This document shows positions 47,581 through 51,453 of a stretch of DNA of 51,453 nucleotides, piece after piece. This DNA comes from Psammoneis japonica (lineage: Eukaryota). A program made the position numbers and the translations under genes. Position 1 is the stretch's first letter. Each line of letters opens with the position of its first letter. The notes under the pieces are model-generated. The model was not told the origin of the DNA. It searched no databases and saw nothing but the letters and a program-made list of their open reading frames with translations. The stretch spans positions 607,899 through 659,351 of the forward strand of contig QPGO01000035.1 in the NCBI GenBank assembly GCA_008632985.1. Reading direction: 5' to 3'.

Positions 47581-47624
47581 GGTCATGTCGCGTGGGTCGC
47601 GCAAAAGTGCGCACCGAAATGACC
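47581..47624. other. GC-rich hairpin, candidate Helitron 3' subterminal hairpin
   Basis: GGTCGCGCA-AAAG-TGCGCACC (47595-47615) is nested in GGTCAT...ATGACC. It sits where TpA depletion stops (TAATTAATT at ~47636). Confidence 0.5.
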
Positions 47625-47894
47625 GTCATGTGTTGTAATTAATTCGAACGCCCGGCGCAAAATGCAGCAAAATGATTGGTGCAGGCAATCGTCATGGCTC
47701 TATTTTCTGACAGTAGCGAGGGCGGCAATCCAAAATCTTTCGGTTTCAGACTTCGATCTAGAGAGTTCCACCTAAAAAAGAGGAGGAACCAATTTGTTTC
47801 CCGCCATATCACGCGCAAGTGGATGATGATTCGCGCGGAGCCTCACATCTCTCCACCCTCGCTCAGCCGCGCAAAGCCAGAAAATCAAACAACC

Positions 47895-48470
47895 ATGGCC
47901 ACTTGCGTTTGTAGTTTGAGCGGCGAGACGGGTTCTTCCGTATCAGGGGTGTTGAAACTTGTACAGTCAAGTGAAGATGCACCCACCACCATTGAAGGCG
48001 AGCTTCGAGGCTTGACACCGGGAAAGCACGGCATTACAGTCAATGTGTACGGCGACCTTTCTCAAGGCGCTACTACATGCGGAGAGATTTTCAACCCATT
48101 TGGTGAGAATTATATTGCGGTCTGTGCGAATCGTGCTTGTCTTCATCATTGTGTCGTAGCTTATGATCCTTTTGTGTTTTGTTTCTGAACAGGCAAATCA
48201 CACGGATCACCACAAGACGATCCGAGCAATCGCATGGTGGGTGATTTGGGAAACATTGACGCTGGATCGGATGGAAAGTGTGCCGTGTCGTTGTCGGATT
48301 CACTCGTGAAATTGTTGGGGCCCCATTCCGTCATTGGAAGGTCGATTGTCGTGTATACTTCTGCGGATGATGGTGGACGTGGCGGCCAACCGTCGTCACT
48401 TACAACCGGCAACACTGGAACACGAGTAGCTGCCGGTGTGATTGGAATTGCCGCAGCTGCGGCGCCATGA
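47895..48470 (+). CDS. Cu/Zn superoxide dismutase-fold protein lacking most metal ligands (exons 47895-48102 and 48193-48470; 161 aa)
   Basis: The 90-nt GTGAGA...AACAG intron restores FNPF-GKSHGSP...RMVGDLGNI. Also GLTPGKHG, LLGPHSVIGRSIVV, TTGNTGTRVAAGVIG. Dinucleotide content is normal. Confidence 0.92.
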
Positions 48471-48599
48471 GGTGGGAGAAACGATTGTTTAAATAAGGAT
48501 CAACATGGTAGACTTGAAAGGGTTTTGTCTGACATTATGGCTACTGTCCTGAAGCAGATTAGAATAAGGAGTACTTTTTAGCGAGTGAGAATGGCCACC

Positions 48600-50960
48600 A
48601 ACGGTCTGATTTATAAATCGTCAAGAACCCGGCCGCCAAAGCTCTGCATCCAACATCAAATGTTGGATTCTTTTGCACTGATGTGAGCAGGTAGTTTTGA
48701 AACTTTCAGTACTCGCGTCGCATTGTTCAACGCCTTACTCTTAGGTCCTACACCAGCACTTTCACAGTACATCAGCCCGAGGCCTTCCTCGCCTAGATTC
48801 TTCATAGAGGTGGCGTTTCAAACAACGGGCTTGTTTGGGCTCGTCTAGAAAAAAAATCGAGAGGCACTGTCCATACAATTCTTTCTCCCCTCCGCAAGGA
48901 AATTCCCCCCAAAGGATTCGCCTATTCTTCTTCTTGTTGGTTCTCGTTTTAACGCAGAGCGGCGGCGTCTCCATTGTTGACAGCGCTAAAGTGAGCAAAC
49001 TGGTTCGCGGGAGGAACGTAGTCTTCTCGATGCCCACCTTATATTGCTGTCCGCATACTTAGACTGGCATCCACATACAAAGGTTTCGGGCAGGCTTGAA
49101 ACTGTGGATTGAATCGTTTCGAGCGGCACAAAACGTGCACGCGGCATCTCCAGCTAAAGATAAAGGTGCGAATGGAGTCACCAAGATTCTTGAGAGAGTC
49201 GGCATTCACCGCAGTGTCCCCGTCAAGACTGCTGATTGCCAGAATTCCCCATGTGGCATTGACCTCCGTCATTCTCAAGGAAAAACACGAAAGTCCCGTT
49301 ACTTTGTCAGTAAAGGAATCAAACCGATCAATAAATTTAAAGCCCACCTAAATGTACGGTGTCCATTCCCTCGTGGGCAATTTTTTCATTGCTTATCAAA
49401 ACCAGTCCCACTTCGGGTTTAAATGTCTTGTATTGTTCGGTCCATCTGTTATGAAAGCGAGTGCCGCCACCCTCACGTTGATAGAAGCATGAGACGAATC
49501 CCCGCGTTCGCAAATGGGAGATTTTTCTCAAGATCTGCGAAAACAGACAACATTCGATTGATTTACAGCAGCAGTGATGAAAATGCATGCTCACGTAAAG
49601 GCAATCGAAAGCAAAAGATGAAGAAAAGGATCTACCTGGCAGGAGATTCTCGACATCTTTTTGGGCGAGAAAAAGAAATGCCTCAGGCTTGCGCCACCTC
49701 TAGAGTGGACAAATGCGCTCATTCCGCCCCTGCGAAAGGATCTTTCCCGTATGAACGTCAATTCTCTTCCTTCGCAACAGAGGGAGCCACAGGTGTCCAC
49801 GGCAGTGGAGGCACATTCGATGCGAATAAAGTAAGGCAGAGTGCATCAAGATCCGTTCTAACCGAGAGCCAATGATGGTAGCCTCCCCAATAGCTTCATT
49901 CTCGTCTCCCGGAAATTCAATGTTGGAAAAGCCTTCTCTATTAGCTACCATTGACCATGTGCCATCGAAGGAGAGAATCCAGGGAGCCCTAAAAGACTAG
50001 TCCTCTCATCTTTTGCGGTTGGCTAGAGGCAAGAACACCAAACACATTCGGGTTGAGGAGCTGTTCCGTAGTCTTGCGAGAAAGTGGACCACTGGCATGT
50101 GGTACGACTTTGAACTTATCTATACTGAACCAAATCGACGCTACTGCGGTCTCTAGAATAGGAGACAATGTCAAAGGGACACTGCCGTTTGTGCGTGGCA
50201 CGCCGGTCCGGCACAATAAGAGGCCCGTGTGGAATCTTGATTCGTGCGATCGCCAAGGATCTACCGGTAGCCAATACTGTCTCTGTATCCGACGCTGAAG
50301 CTTTTCTTACTAAAACCAGCTAAGACCTTTGCAAGATTGTTAATTCTGAAAACAATATCTGTCCGAAGCCATGGTACCTACACCAAGCTTCAGCATCGCA
50401 AGAAGTCCCTGCTGTTTGATTCGCCTGCCGATAGAGAGTCAGGTTGTAGGATCCAGGATAGAATTTCAGATCATCTGAGAGACAAAGGGCCCGTACGTTA
50501 GACGATACAAAAGCCCGTCAAATCATTCACCAAAGTGTAGCGCACAGGCACAGCAAAACAAGAAAACAGGAAAGACATTCCAAGTTGCTGTTTAAAGTAC
50601 GCATGCAAAAAGGTCCTAAGCTTTTCACTCCGACAAGAGTCATCCTTTTCTATGGGGCTTTCAAAACTCAACGTTCAACTGTATGAAACAAACGCCAAGC
50701 AGAAATCGGCCCGTTCTATGCAACGAGATAAGCTGTAAAAGGTTGAACTCACCGCCATCTTCAGGATGAGCGCCTGTACTCGGTACCGGTAGACACTGAA
50801 CACTGCGTTAGAACCACTTTGCTTGCTCGGATTCCGAATAGTGAGTGACCGTGGCATGTATATTGGCTATGGAGATGTCGTCGCGTCGGTTGATAACATG
50901 GCATTGCCAATGCCCGAAAGCAGGAGCAGACAACGGCAGGACGGGCATCGCCGACATCAT
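48600..50960 (-). pseudogene. Probable decayed host-type gene of unknown family
   Basis: A series of protein-like minus-strand fragments is broken by stops and frameshifts (e.g. SESEQAKWF*RSVQCLPVPSTGAHPEDGGEFNLLQL; DDLKFYPGSYNLTLYRQ; GFSNIEFPGDENEAIGEATII; GFKFIDRFDSFTDKVTG). TpA is not depleted. Confidence 0.3.
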
Positions 50961-51063
50961 GTTGAAGACTTGCGATCTACGGATCGGCACGAAAAACGAA
51001 AAAATCAAAATCAATATAAACATATATTCAACATCGTAGAAACTTTATGCTGACGAACTTCCC

Positions 51064-51084
51064 TCCGACGTCCGACGTCCGACG
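51064..51084. repeat. (TCCGACG)3 short tandem repeat
   Basis: Read directly. Confidence 0.9.
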
Positions 51085-51453
51085 ATCCTTTTTGCCCTCA
51101 TCGCTCATCGCAGTTGCTAAGCATATGCCATATCATATAGGTAGCCAGAGTGTGTTAACCATGTCTTTACTTGCCACGTTATTGATTGTCCCATGACATC
51201 ATTAAGCTTGGTGACAACAGATGCAGTAGTGGTTGTAACGCATTCACCACTGCATAGGCTCCAACGAAGCAGGCACATGCCTTTGAATTTGGAAAACGGA
51301 AAATTACAGTGAATGAGCCGAGCTTTCAAAGTGCTCTGCTATTATCGAAACTGCGTGGGGTGGTTTGTTTATTCGAGGGAAATGACAAATTCATGGACGG
51401 TTGTTTGACGATGCTGATACTAACAACAATGGATCCATTAGCTTAAATGAGAC

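Noticed and set aside
540..47600. Hundreds of overlapping Cys/His-rich ORFs in all six frames, resembling metal-binding proteins or overlapping genes
   Set aside because: They are an expected artefact of TAA/TAG loss and Tyr->Cys/His conversion, and are not independent genes.

Overview
Eukaryotic, transposon-dense window, most likely from a pennate diatom. This is inferred from CoDi-type Copia motifs, diatom-style LINE and Ngaro proteins, and 70-90 nt GT-AG introns. All homology calls are motif recognition by eye; no searches were run. Left to right: a 3'-truncated Ty1/Copia element (~0.5-5.3 kb); an unmutated AT-rich island; degraded unidentified repeat ORFs; a degraded LINE (~12.2-15.9 kb, minus); an apparently intronless gene fusing an RppA/THNS-like type III polyketide synthase to an acyl-CoA-ligase (ANL) domain, with one frameshift (15991-20129, minus); a Crypton-like remnant; a mutated GT31/Fringe-like glycosyltransferase; a full-length but degenerate Ngaro/PAT-type tyrosine-recombinase retrotransposon with A1-ORFs-B1-A2-B2 split direct repeats (25.1-33.8 kb); a compact alternating-strand cassette of SET-domain, TET/JBP-like dioxygenase, DOT1-like methyltransferase and one unknown gene directly upstream of a Helitron Rep/PIF1 helicase (34.1-47.6 kb); a Cu/Zn-SOD-fold gene lacking most metal ligands; and a probable decayed gene. 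The dominant signal is a repeat-restricted TpA->CpA/TpG hypermutation. It turns Tyr into His/Cys, erases TAA/TAG stops, spares host-like genes, and can be separated from CpG decay. It looks like a RIP-like genome-defence process running in the opposite (AT->GC) direction. Best candidates for undescribed systems: this hypermutation, the Helitron-linked chromatin/DNA-modification cassette, and the type III PKS-ligase fusion.
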